NCBI GenBank assembly: GCA_902493895.1
Contig: CABUQW010000003.1
Span: 13,997 to 77,996, forward strand
Direction of reading: 5' to 3'
DNA length: 64,000 nucleotides
Source of the DNA: an uncultured Collinsella sp.
Lineage (GTDB): Bacteria > Actinomycetota > Coriobacteriia > Coriobacteriales > Coriobacteriaceae
Positions within the stretch are counted from its first letter, which is position 1. The number at the start of each line of letters is the position of its first letter. Of the stretch, positions 39,914 through 48,857 are shown in pieces. The notes below the pieces were generated by a model. That model saw only the letters and a list, made by a program, of their open reading frames with translations. It had not been told where the DNA came from and ran no database searches. A program made the position numbers and the translations under genes.

Positions 39914-42793
39914 TCACGCTCCCTGTGCGGCAAGCGCCGCGGTCAGGACGATGCCGGCGATCTTGGCGGCCTTGACGTCATGCTTGTCGTAATCCTCTAA
40001 GGCCACCGAGATGGCGACTGTGGGTGAATCGTAAGGTGCAAAGCCAACGAACATCGAATTGACGTTGGTGCCGCCAATCTCGGCCGAGCCGGTCTTGCCG
40101 GCGACCTTGACGCCGGGGATCTGGGCATCGGTGCCGGTGCCGGACTGGACGACGGCAAGCATGGCCTGCTTGACCTGGTCGGCCGTGGCGGAGCTGACGG
40201 CCTGACCCAGCGAGCGGGACTGCGTGGTCTTGACCACGGTTCCGTCCGGGGCGAGTACCTGGGCTACAAAGTACGGGTCCATGACCACGCCGCTGTTAGC
40301 GATGGCGGCGGCAATCACGGCGTTTTGCATGACGGTGGTCTGCGGGCCGGGCGTGTGGTCCATGCCGACAGGCTGGCCGGCGCCGGCCCAGGCGGTCTCC
40401 CACTCGGTCATGAGCGACGGGTCGGCCATGATGGAGGCCGCGGAGGTCAGGTCCTGGCCGAGCTTTTGGCCATAGCCAAAGGCGTTGGCAAACTGCACGA
40501 GCGTGTTTGCGCCAACTTCGTTTGCCACCTGGCCAAAGACGACGTTGGAGGACACGGCAAAGGCCTGCTGCAGGCTGATGGTGCCGTAGCTCTCGTTGGC
40601 ATAGTTGGTGACCGGTGCGTTGCCGATGTCCATGGAGCCGGGCGCCTGGTAGGTGCTGGTAAGGCTGGCGGTACCGGTCTCGAGTGCCGCGGAAAGCGTA
40701 ACGACCTTAAACGTTGAGCCCGGCGTGTACAGCGCGTCCATGGCGCGATTGTACATGGAGCCGTCCTCGCCGCCGCCCGTCTGCAGCAGAGCATCGATGT
40801 TGGTGTTGTCGTATGTGGGCGAGCTGGCACATGCGAGAACCGCGCCGGTACGCGGGTCGATGACCACTACAGCGCCCTTAAAGCCCTTGAGTGCCTGCTC
40901 GGCCGCCGTCTGGATGCGCGAGTCGATGGTGAGCTTGGCGGTGTTGCCCGGCTGGGTCTGGCCCGCGAGCGACGCGATGGCGTTGTTCCAGCTGGAGTAG
41001 TCCTTAGAACCGGTGAGCGTGTCGTTCATGACGCTCTCGATGGCGGTGGTGCCATACTGCTGGCTCACGTAGCCAACCACGTGTGCTGCCAGGTTACCGT
41101 TGGGGTAGGAGCGTACGTAGGTGCCGTCCTCCTGCTGCAGCGACTCGGCCAGCGTCACGCCGTCGGACGTGATGATGGAGCCGCGCTGGATGTACTTGGA
41201 GCGGGCGATGGTGTGGTTGTTGGTCGGCATGTCTTGATAGTCCTTGGCCTTAATGACCTGGACATAGGTGAGGTTGCCGATAAGGATGGCGAACAGCGCC
41301 GTAAAGGCGAGCACCGCGCGGGTTAGACGGTTGGCGAGCGCCACGCGGCCGAGCACACCGGATTCAGGCGTGTCGAGCAGGCGACGGCGCATGCGCGAGC
41401 CGACGGAATGGCTGCCGCTGCCGTAGGAAGACGAGGTGGCAAAGCGCGTGCCCGTCGGGGCGGCGGCAGATGCGACCTGATCATCGGTGATGGCGGCCAT
41501 GGTGCCGGTGCCGGTAAGCTCGGCCTCGCGTCCGGTCGCCTCGTCACCGGCGCGCAGCAGGAGCGCGACGATGATAAAGCTCGCCAGCAAAGAGGAGCCG
41601 CCCTGGCTCATAAAGGGCAGGGTGACGCCGGTCAGCGGGATTAGGCGGGTTACGCCGCCAACGATCAAGAAGGCCTGGAAGCTGATGGCTGCCGTAAGAC
41701 CGGTGGCGCTAAAGGCGGCAAGGTCGGACTTTGCGCGGGCAGCTGTGGTCAGGCCGCGAACGGCAAAGAGCATAAACAGGATGAGCACGGCGCCGCCGCC
41801 CAAAAGGCCCATCTCCTCGCCGATAGCCGAGAAGATAAAGTCGGACTCGACGACAGGGATGTTGTTGGCCATGCCGTTGCCGATGCCAACACCGACCAGA
41901 CCGCCATCGGCAAGCGAGAAGAGCGACTGGACGATCTGGTAGCCCTGGCCCTGGGCGTCCTTAAACGGATCGAGCCAAACCTGGAAACGCACCTGAACGT
42001 GAGACAGGAACTTGTAGGCGCCCACGGCTCCAACGGCTAAGAGCGCAAGGCCGATAACGACATACGAAAAGCGCCCCGTGGCAACGTAGAGCATCAGCAA
42101 GAAGATGGTGTAGAACAGCACGGCCGAACCCAGGTCGCGTTCGAAGACGACGACGAGCAGGCACACACCCCACACGGCAAACAGCGGCAGCAGCAGTCGC
42201 AGGCGAGGGATCTTAAAGCCCAGGATCTTGCGGTTGGAGATGGAGAGCAGCTCGCGGTTCTCGGCCAGGTACCCGGCCAGGAACAGCACGATAAAGACCT
42301 TGGCGAACTCGCCGGGCTGGATGGTAAAGCCCGCGATGCGAATCCACAGCTTGGAGCCCGAGATCGTGGTGCCGATAAAGATAGGCAGCATCAGCAGAAT
42401 GATGCCGATGATGCCAAAGGTGTACTTGTAGCGCATGACTACGTCGAGGTTTTTGACCAGTGCGAGCGTTCCCACCATGAGCGCCACCGAGACAAACAGG
42501 ATGATGAGCTGTGAGATGGCGAGAGCGGGGGCGAGACGCGTCACGAACGTGATGCCGATGCCCGAAAGTATAAATACGATGGGTAGGATGGCGGGGTCGG
42601 CGCCGGGCGCCAAGATGCGCACGGCGATATGTGCCGCAGCGAAGGCGGCAAAGAGGCCGATCGGCACGGCGAGCGTCTCAAAGGAGATGGCGGCGCCCGC
42701 GGTGAGCACGTACATCGCATACAGCAGGATGACGGGGAACGCCGAGGCGATGAGCAAGAGCAGCTCGGTGTTGCGGCGACTCATAAGCGGCAC
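39914..42793 (-). CDS. Fused SEDS glycosyltransferase (RodA/FtsW family) and class B penicillin-binding protein (PbpA-like transpeptidase)
   Basis: A single 959 aa frame. The N-terminal ~420 aa are polytopic FtsW/RodA-like (PFMSQGGSS). The C-terminal part has a TM anchor plus STFK, SSN and KTGS(A) transpeptidase motifs. ATG 42784 is an alternative start. Confidence 0.85.
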   Translation of the reverse strand: MPLMSRRNTELLLLIASAFPVILLYAMYVLTAGAAISFETLAVPIGLFAAFAAAHIAVRILAPGADPAILPIVFILSGIGITFVTRLAPALAISQLIILFVSVALMVGTLALVKNLDVVMRYKYTFGIIGIILLMLPIFIGTTISGSKLWIRIAGFTIQPGEFAKVFIVLFLAGYLAENRELLSISNRKILGFKIPRLRLLLPLFAVWGVCLLVVVFERDLGSAVLFYTIFLLMLYVATGRFSYVVIGLALLAVGAVGAYKFLSHVQVRFQVWLDPFKDAQGQGYQIVQSLFSLADGGLVGVGIGNGMANNIPVVESDFIFSAIGEEMGLLGGGAVLILFMLFAVRGLTTAARAKSDLAAFSATGLTAAISFQAFLIVGGVTRLIPLTGVTLPFMSQGGSSLLASFIIVALLLRAGDEATGREAELTGTGTMAAITDDQVASAAAPTGTRFATSSSYGSGSHSVGSRMRRRLLDTPESGVLGRVALANRLTRAVLAFTALFAILIGNLTYVQVIKAKDYQDMPTNNHTIARSKYIQRGSIITSDGVTLAESLQQEDGTYVRSYPNGNLAAHVVGYVSQQYGTTAIESVMNDTLTGSKDYSSWNNAIASLAGQTQPGNTAKLTIDSRIQTAAEQALKGFKGAVVVIDPRTGAVLACASSPTYDNTNIDALLQTGGGEDGSMYNRAMDALYTPGSTFKVVTLSAALETGTASLTSTYQAPGSMDIGNAPVTNYANESYGTISLQQAFAVSSNVVFGQVANEVGANTLVQFANAFGYGQKLGQDLTSAASIMADPSLMTEWETAWAGAGQPVGMDHTPGPQTTVMQNAVIAAAIANSGVVMDPYFVAQVLAPDGTVVKTTQSRSLGQAVSSATADQVKQAMLAVVQSGTGTDAQIPGVKVAGKTGSAEIGGTNVNSMFVGFAPYDSPTVAISVALEDYDKHDVKAAKIAGIVLTAALAAQGA

Positions 42794-42800
42794 TCCCTTT

Positions 42801-44600
42801 CTAGTTCTTTTCGGAGGCTTCGGCCTCGGCGGACTGTTCGGCGGTTTTCTCGGAATCTGATTCGGAGGTCGATCCCTGATTGGTGTTGTCGCGAATCGTT
42901 TGCGCGTCGATCACCTGGCGGGTCTGCTCCTCGTCGATCTGGTGGCGGTACTTGGATATCGTGTCCTGCGCATCGTCGACACTTGTTTGCGGAATGCCCG
43001 CCTTGAGTCGGTTTTGCGTGTCTTCGGGCAGGTCGGACAGCTTGATGCTGGTTTCGCTTTCGAGCCAGTGGAGCTTGAGTCCGAGCGGCTTGCCGGGCAG
43101 GCCGCGCCAGACGGCGACATTGCCCTGGTAGGTACCCAGGTAGTACGAGCCGGTGACACCCGTGTAGGCCCAGACGCCAGCTGCCAGCACAAAGACGAGG
43201 GCCAGGATGGCGGCGATAGTAATGTTGCGGCGACGCACGCGTTGCGCCTCGCGCATAACGCCATCGTCAACCAGGTCAACGACTACTACGGTCACGTTGT
43301 CGTGGCCGCCGGCGGCAAGCGCCGCGTCCACTAGGTTGTCGACGCAGATTTGCGCGGTTGAGGACTGCGTGGCGATGTTCTCGATATCGCTATCGGGAAT
43401 CATGCTCGAAAGGCCGTCGGAGCACAGGATCAGACGGTCGCCTTCCTCGATATGCAGAGTGAAGTGGTCGGCATACATAGCGGGGTCCGAGCCCAGCGCG
43501 CGGGTGATGACCGAACGGTTGGGGTGGACGCGAGCCTCATCTGCCGTGATCTCGCCGGCGTCCACGAGCTCCTCCACGTAGGAGTGGTCGCGGGTCACGC
43601 GGATGAGCGTGCCCTCGTGGAGCAGGTAGGCGCGAGAGTCACCCACGTGGGCGATGGCGAGCGTGTCGTTTTCGATATAGGCGCAAGTGGCTGTGCAGCC
43701 CATGCCGGGCTTGCCCAGGCCGTTCAAGGCGGCCTCGATTACGGCGGCGTTAGCAGCCTCGACGGCTGCCGCCAGGCGTGCGGCGTCGGCAGACTGAGGA
43801 GCTGTCTTGGCGATGGTCTCGACAGCGATAGAAGAGGCTACCTCGCCGGCGGCGTGACCGCCCATGCCGTCGCATACGCAAAAGAGCGGCGACTGCACCA
43901 GGTAGGAATCCTCATTGTGCGGGCGCACGCAGCCAACGTCAGAGCGGGCGCCCCACATGAGTTGCGTGGTGGTGCCGGCATCATAGGTCGAGTCGGTCTC
44001 GATGCGTTCCTCGGTCAGGGGCTCAAAGCTCATGGTCGACCCGGGGTCTTTGAGCTTGGCCTCAACGGCGGCAACGTCGATCTCTGCTGTGTCACCGGGA
44101 GAGACGGTGTCGGTCTCGGCGTTTGATTCAGAATCGCCGGTGTCCGGGGAGCCGGGCTCCTCGGACACGCGGGCGGTCGACTCGTCGTCTTGCGGGCTGA
44201 CGTCTATAGGCTCGGGCGCCGGCGTAGACGCGGGCGCAACCTCGGATGCCGGGGCTATGGGAAACGCCGGCGCGGCGGGCTCGGGTGCTGCAAACACCGC
44301 AGCGCTCTCGTTGATTGCCACGGCGACGGGCTCTGCAAAGTGAGCCGGCGCCGGGGTTGCTTCGGGCGCTGTGGGCTGCTCCGCAGCATGTGCGCCGATG
44401 GGCGCCGCTACGGCATCCCCTTCGTCCTCGTTATCGGCGAGATCCGAAATATCATGCGTTACATGCGAAAGAGGCAGGGAGAACACGGTGTCCTCGGGTT
44501 CCACGGGTGCGGAGCCCGCCGGAGCGGCGTGGGCCGGCGCAGCTGTGGTGGCGGCCGGTGCCTCGGTCATAGTTGCGGACTTGTTCTCCTCGTCGATCAT
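42801..44600 (-). CDS. pstP: PP2C-family Ser/Thr phosphatase PstP-like, with an Ala/Pro-rich acidic N-terminal extension and a C-terminal TM + extracytoplasmic segment
   Basis: PP2C motifs (NEDSY, FCVCDGMGGHAAGEVAS, LCSDGL, GGHDNVT). ATGA overlap with fhaB. An internal start cannot be excluded. Confidence 0.8.
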   Translation of the reverse strand: MIDEENKSATMTEAPAATTAAPAHAAPAGSAPVEPEDTVFSLPLSHVTHDISDLADNEDEGDAVAAPIGAHAAEQPTAPEATPAPAHFAEPVAVAINESAAVFAAPEPAAPAFPIAPASEVAPASTPAPEPIDVSPQDDESTARVSEEPGSPDTGDSESNAETDTVSPGDTAEIDVAAVEAKLKDPGSTMSFEPLTEERIETDSTYDAGTTTQLMWGARSDVGCVRPHNEDSYLVQSPLFCVCDGMGGHAAGEVASSIAVETIAKTAPQSADAARLAAAVEAANAAVIEAALNGLGKPGMGCTATCAYIENDTLAIAHVGDSRAYLLHEGTLIRVTRDHSYVEELVDAGEITADEARVHPNRSVITRALGSDPAMYADHFTLHIEEGDRLILCSDGLSSMIPDSDIENIATQSSTAQICVDNLVDAALAAGGHDNVTVVVVDLVDDGVMREAQRVRRRNITIAAILALVFVLAAGVWAYTGVTGSYYLGTYQGNVAVWRGLPGKPLGLKLHWLESETSIKLSDLPEDTQNRLKAGIPQTSVDDAQDTISKYRHQIDEEQTRQVIDAQTIRDNTNQGSTSESDSEKTAEQSAEAEASEKN

Positions 44601-45013
44601 CGACGGTTCACCTTCATGACCACGTCGCCAATCTGGACTTCGTCGCCCTCGCGCAGCGTTGCGGGCTCCACGAGCTGGCGGCCGTTGACGAGCGTGCCGT
44701 TAAGCGAGTTGAGGTCCTCGATGATGAGCGCCGGGCCCTGTAGCGAAAAGCGCGCATGCGAGGCCGAGACGAACGGTTCGTTGATGCAGATGTCCGAAGA
44801 TGGCGAGCGACCGACGATGACGGGGCCGAGCATGTCTACGTGGATGCCGCGGATACCGCGCGGACCCTTGTCCACATCGATCGTCCAGATAGCCGAGTCG
44901 CGGCGCTGTCCACGCACAAGTCCCACGCCGGTCTTCATGACGGCGAACAGAAAGATATAGAGCAGGGCGACCAGGACGATGCGGCCTGCAAAAAGGACGA
45001 TATCGATGTTCAT
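44597..45013 (-). CDS. fhaB: Small membrane-anchored FHA-domain protein (FhaB/FipA-like)
   Basis: N-terminal TM helix plus a C-terminal FHA domain (GRSPSSDICI..SASHARF..EDLNSLNGTLVNG). Synteny with pstP. Confidence 0.8.
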   Translation of the reverse strand: MNIDIVLFAGRIVLVALLYIFLFAVMKTGVGLVRGQRRDSAIWTIDVDKGPRGIRGIHVDMLGPVIVGRSPSSDICINEPFVSASHARFSLQGPALIIEDLNSLNGTLVNGRQLVEPATLREGDEVQIGDVVMKVNRR

Positions 45014-45019
45014 AAGCGA

Positions 45020-46030
45020 CTATCCCCTAAATTCAAAGGTACTCAGGCCAAACGTCAGCAGATCGCCGTTGCGCAGCGGGCAGCGCGTAATGCGGCGGTT
45101 GTTGACGAGCGTGCCGTTGGTGGAATTGAGATCCTCGATCGACCAATCCGAGCCCGTAAAGGTGAGCTGGGCGTGGCGGCGCGACACGTTGGGGTCGCGC
45201 AGGGCAATGTCGGAAACTGAGCGCTCGCGACCGATGGTCACCTGTGCGGAGGTGATGCTATGGCTCTCGCCGCTCACGACGTCGACGAGCTGGGCGAGCG
45301 GGCGCTGCGGGGCGCGAGTGCTCGCCATGTTGGAGGCGATACCGGCTGCGGCGCCTAGGCCCACGGCGGCACCGGTCGCGGCGGCTCCGCCCATGCCGGC
45401 AAGCGCGTCACGCGAGACGGTCTGCGGCACCGGGATGGGAGCGGCGGGGTCGGGGACGCTAGGCGCGAAGGGGTCTGCCACGGCAAGCGGGTCGGGAGCG
45501 GCGGCGCGAGGCGTCGGCTGCTGCTGGGGCATGGCGGCGGGGCGCTGCTGCTGCGGGGCGGCAAACTGCTGCTGGCCGGCGCGCGGGGCGCTGGCGGCAC
45601 GGCTTGCCGCGGAGTTGTTCTGGCCCAGGCCGTTTTGATAGGCGCGCTCTTCTTCGTACAGGCGGCCGAGCGTGGGGGCATCGACGTTCTCGGCAAAGAC
45701 CGAGAACTTGCCGGCACGCAGCTGCGGATCGATCATAAAGCGCACGAGGGGCTCGCCGACAAACACATAGCGGCGCTTTTCGGCCTGTGCCTTCACAAAC
45801 TCGCGGACCTCGCGCGAAAGCTCGGGGTAGAACGGGGCGAGCATGGGATCGTCGTCGGCGGCGATAAGGATGGTATAGAGTGCCGGCGCCGTGTTGACGC
45901 CGTTGATCACCAGAGTCTGATCCTCCATGTCGCGAGCGGCCTGCTTGGCAAGCTTCTTAAAGGAGAACGGGGCACGGGTGGCACCGAAGATGCCGGCCAC
46001 GTGGTCCTCGAAGATGTTCAGGAAGTTCAC
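45020..46030 (-). CDS. fhaA: FhaA-like protein (N-terminal DUF3662-type domain, Gln/Pro/Ala-rich linker, C-terminal FHA domain)
   Basis: C-terminal FHA (GRERSVSDIAL..VSRRHAQL..IEDLNSTNGTLVNN). The position upstream of fhaB-pstP matches the conserved actinobacterial cluster. Confidence 0.8.
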   Translation of the reverse strand: MNFLNIFEDHVAGIFGATRAPFSFKKLAKQAARDMEDQTLVINGVNTAPALYTILIAADDDPMLAPFYPELSREVREFVKAQAEKRRYVFVGEPLVRFMIDPQLRAGKFSVFAENVDAPTLGRLYEEERAYQNGLGQNNSAASRAASAPRAGQQQFAAPQQQRPAAMPQQQPTPRAAAPDPLAVADPFAPSVPDPAAPIPVPQTVSRDALAGMGGAAATGAAVGLGAAAGIASNMASTRAPQRPLAQLVDVVSGESHSITSAQVTIGRERSVSDIALRDPNVSRRHAQLTFTGSDWSIEDLNSTNGTLVNNRRITRCPLRNGDLLTFGLSTFEFRG

Positions 46031-47880
46031 GAAAGATCACTCTCCGTATAGGTTCTTTGGTATCCGAGCAAATATAGGCATATCCCAACGATTATAGAGG
46101 ATAGGATTCCCGCAACCGCCGCCTTGGCGATGACCGCGGCTGCAAGGCCGGCAATTTCCATATGGTGTGCAAGACAGGACGCCGCCGCGCAGCCGATGCC
46201 GGTGACAGCGATGGCGGCGATTGCGGCAAGGTTTGAGCCCTGATCGGCACGCTTGGCATGGGCATTGAGCAGCGCGGATGACGCTGCGGCAGTTGCCGCG
46301 ACCAGCACAAAGGCAGCCCAAAGGAGCGGGTCTCCCAGCGCTGCGGCAACGTTACCGAGCCCCAGCACGCCTCCGGCTGAAAGCGCGACCGTGGCCAGAC
46401 GGGCAAAAAGCTCGCCCATGCCCGTTGCCGCGGCGGCGCTTGCCGGGCCGAGCCAAAATGACGCGACGCCGGCGGCGACCCCAGCTGCCAGGAAGGTATT
46501 GCCGGTCAGACAGCCAAGCGCGAGTGCACAGGTGAGCGCGGCGCTCGCGGCAGCCTCGGTGCGACCCCAGGCGATCCACCAACCGGACATGGCGGCGGCA
46601 AAGATCACCGCGACGGGCAGCATCGACAGGATGCCCTGCGCCTGCATGGTGGCGTTGGCCATGAGCACCAAAAAGCCCACAGCCGAGATGGCCGAGCCAA
46701 TCTGGGGGGCCAGGCCAGCCGCCACTCCGATCGCGATGGCCGCAATGACCAGGCCGGGAAGCGCCGCGACCCCGGCCGTTTGCATCAGCAAAAAGCTAAA
46801 GGTGCCGCACGTTAGCGCCGAGATAGTGCGCATGGTGTAGTCGCGCGCATGGCTCCAGCGCGTGCCCGCCCAGCCGAGTGCGGGGTCGACCTCGATGGCG
46901 TCGTCCTCGTAGTGCGACGGCTCGATATCGTCGAGCTCCTGCTCGTCATCCGAAAGTTCGCCAACCATTTGCTCCAGGCTGCGACGGCCTTCGCGCACGC
47001 TGCCCAGACCGGCAAGGAGCTGGTCGCAAAATGTCTCGACGCTGCTGGGGCGGTCCTGCGGCATGGGGGAGAGCGCGCTCATGAGCGCGGCCTCGGCTCC
47101 CGGGGGAAAGTGTGGTATCAGCTCGCTGGGATAGGTGGCGCCGCCGATGATGCGGTCGAGCGAGTCGGCGGGCGTGGCCGCCATAAAGGGAGCGCTGCCG
47201 CACAGGCCCTCATAGATTACACAGGCGAGGGCAAAGACATCGGCGCGCTCATCGACCGTGCCGGTCTCGATATCGAGCTGCTCGGGCGGCATGTAGCCGA
47301 TGGTGCCGCCGCGCGAGCCGCCAAAGCCACCGGCGGACGACAGTCGCGCCATGCCAAAGTCGGTGAGCTTTACATTGCCCGAGTGGTCGATGAGCACGTT
47401 GGCGGGCTTAATGTCCAGGTGGAGTACGCCATTACTATGGGCGAAGGTGAGCGCCTGGCCTAGGGCATCGGCAATGGCCGCGGCCTCGTCAAAGGTAAGT
47501 GAGTGACCGTCCACGCGGTGCAAAAACTCGGCCAGCGACATGCCATCGACATATTCCATAACTAGGTAGGCATAGGCTGTGTCGTGCGTAAAGTCGATGA
47601 CCTGCACGATGTTGGGATGTTGAAGCATGGCGGCAGTGTGCGCCTCGCGCAGGACATCCATGATGTCGCTGGCGGGCATGCCGACACCGTTAATAAGGGG
47701 GATGCGCTTAATGGCGACGCGGCGGCGCAGGTGCGTGTCGCGGCAGATCTCGATGGAGCCAAAACCGCCGGTCGCAAGTGTCTCGAGCGGCTGGTACCGC
47801 TTGAGCAGCTCGCGAGAGCTGGTGCCCTCCAAAGGAACGTCCGGCGAGAACCGGGCGGTATGTTGCGAGAAAAGCGGCAT
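46027..47880 (-). CDS. Ser/Thr protein kinase fused to a large Ala/Gly-rich polytopic membrane domain
   Basis: Kinase motifs (ATGGFGSIE, VAIKRI, HLDIKPANV, DFGMA, PPEQ), then ~300 aa with many hydrophobic segments. GTGA overlap with fhaA. ATG 47880 is preceded by GAGGG. Confidence 0.8.
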   Translation of the reverse strand: MPLFSQHTARFSPDVPLEGTSSRELLKRYQPLETLATGGFGSIEICRDTHLRRRVAIKRIPLINGVGMPASDIMDVLREAHTAAMLQHPNIVQVIDFTHDTAYAYLVMEYVDGMSLAEFLHRVDGHSLTFDEAAAIADALGQALTFAHSNGVLHLDIKPANVLIDHSGNVKLTDFGMARLSSAGGFGGSRGGTIGYMPPEQLDIETGTVDERADVFALACVIYEGLCGSAPFMAATPADSLDRIIGGATYPSELIPHFPPGAEAALMSALSPMPQDRPSSVETFCDQLLAGLGSVREGRRSLEQMVGELSDDEQELDDIEPSHYEDDAIEVDPALGWAGTRWSHARDYTMRTISALTCGTFSFLLMQTAGVAALPGLVIAAIAIGVAAGLAPQIGSAISAVGFLVLMANATMQAQGILSMLPVAVIFAAAMSGWWIAWGRTEAAASAALTCALALGCLTGNTFLAAGVAAGVASFWLGPASAAAATGMGELFARLATVALSAGGVLGLGNVAAALGDPLLWAAFVLVAATAAASSALLNAHAKRADQGSNLAAIAAIAVTGIGCAAASCLAHHMEIAGLAAAVIAKAAVAGILSSIIVGICLYLLGYQRTYTESDLS

Positions 47881-48024
47881 GGCCAACCCTCGTGCGTTTA
47901 AAGTTCGTTTGCGAGCGGCGGGCGCGGGGCCGAGCCGTTCGCGGTGGCATAGATGCTGCTAGTGTAGCACGCTCGGGTGCATGGGGAGGATAGCGGGATG
48001 CGAGGCTGCCTGCCTGGCTTGGCC

Positions 48025-48741
48025 TTAGCGCTTCTTCTTGTTCTTCTTCTGCTTGCGCTGCTTGCCCTTGGTCTCCTGGGGCTTGTCGCCCTGTTTGGCT
48101 TCGGCAGCGGCCTTTTCTGCCTTCATCTTCTTGCGCTTGGTCTCGATGCGGAGTTTTTTGTTGATGCGCGCCTTAAGGAAGGGACCGAACTGCTCGGCAT
48201 CGCCGCGGACAAAGGTGTCCTTAGGGATCGTCACGCCCTGGTCGGCGAACATGGCCACAAAGATGCGCTCGCCGTCGAGCACGTGGTCGAGCTTTTCAAA
48301 CGGGAAGAACTGTGACTTGCCGCTCTTGCCCCAAACCATCAGGCCGTCCTCGTTGGCGGCGACGCGGCGATAGCGGCCACCCATGGACTCGTCGGCCTCA
48401 ACGGCGTCGATAAAGTCGCGGGCGAGGGTGTGGTGCAGGTTTTTGCTCCACCAGGCCAAAAAGGTGCCGAACACGATCAGGACGACGCCAAACTTGATCC
48501 AGTTGCCGCCGGCCACCAGCATGCCGATGCCGATGAGCGCGGCAACTGCCGCGGCGACATACAGCGAGCCGCGACGCCTGGGCGAGGCGACCAGGCGGGC
48601 GAAGTCGGTGACCAGGTCGTTTTCGTACTGGTACTCGTTGAGGTACAGGATGCCGTCATCGGCTGCGGCCTGCTCCTCGAGCGCGACCTCGACCTGGTCG
48701 GCTGCTTCGGAGGGAACGAGGTTGCTCTCTGCGTCTGCCAT
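48025..48741 (-). CDS. Hypothetical two-TM membrane protein (YcxB-like domain suspected) with a Lys-rich C-terminal tail
   Basis: ORF with a TM hairpin (LYVAAAVAALIGIGMLVAGG / FGVVLIVFGTFLAWW). The family assignment is tentative. Confidence 0.55.
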   Translation of the reverse strand: MADAESNLVPSEAADQVEVALEEQAAADDGILYLNEYQYENDLVTDFARLVASPRRRGSLYVAAAVAALIGIGMLVAGGNWIKFGVVLIVFGTFLAWWSKNLHHTLARDFIDAVEADESMGGRYRRVAANEDGLMVWGKSGKSQFFPFEKLDHVLDGERIFVAMFADQGVTIPKDTFVRGDAEQFGPFLKARINKKLRIETKRKKMKAEKAAAEAKQGDKPQETKGKQRKQKKNKKKR

Positions 48742-48857
48742 GCTCTTTGGACTCCTATCGCGGCGGGCTCGCCGTACGGGTTATTATGGAATGCAGTATG
48801 CCGTGCGACCGCATGGCCGCCGCGGCAACAAGACTCAGTATACCCGGGGGAGCACCC

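Noticed and set aside
48759-48824. A hairpin-rich segment immediately upstream of dnaX was considered as SRP (4.5S/ffs) RNA, because ffs-dnaX synteny is common.
   Set aside because: CGCGGCGG..CCGCCGCG closes a long stem, but I could not find the conserved domain IV elements (GGAA tetraloop with flanking AGCA/GNAR-type loops). The apical sequence (..TATGGAATGCAGTA..) does not fold into them. An Infernal scan would settle it.
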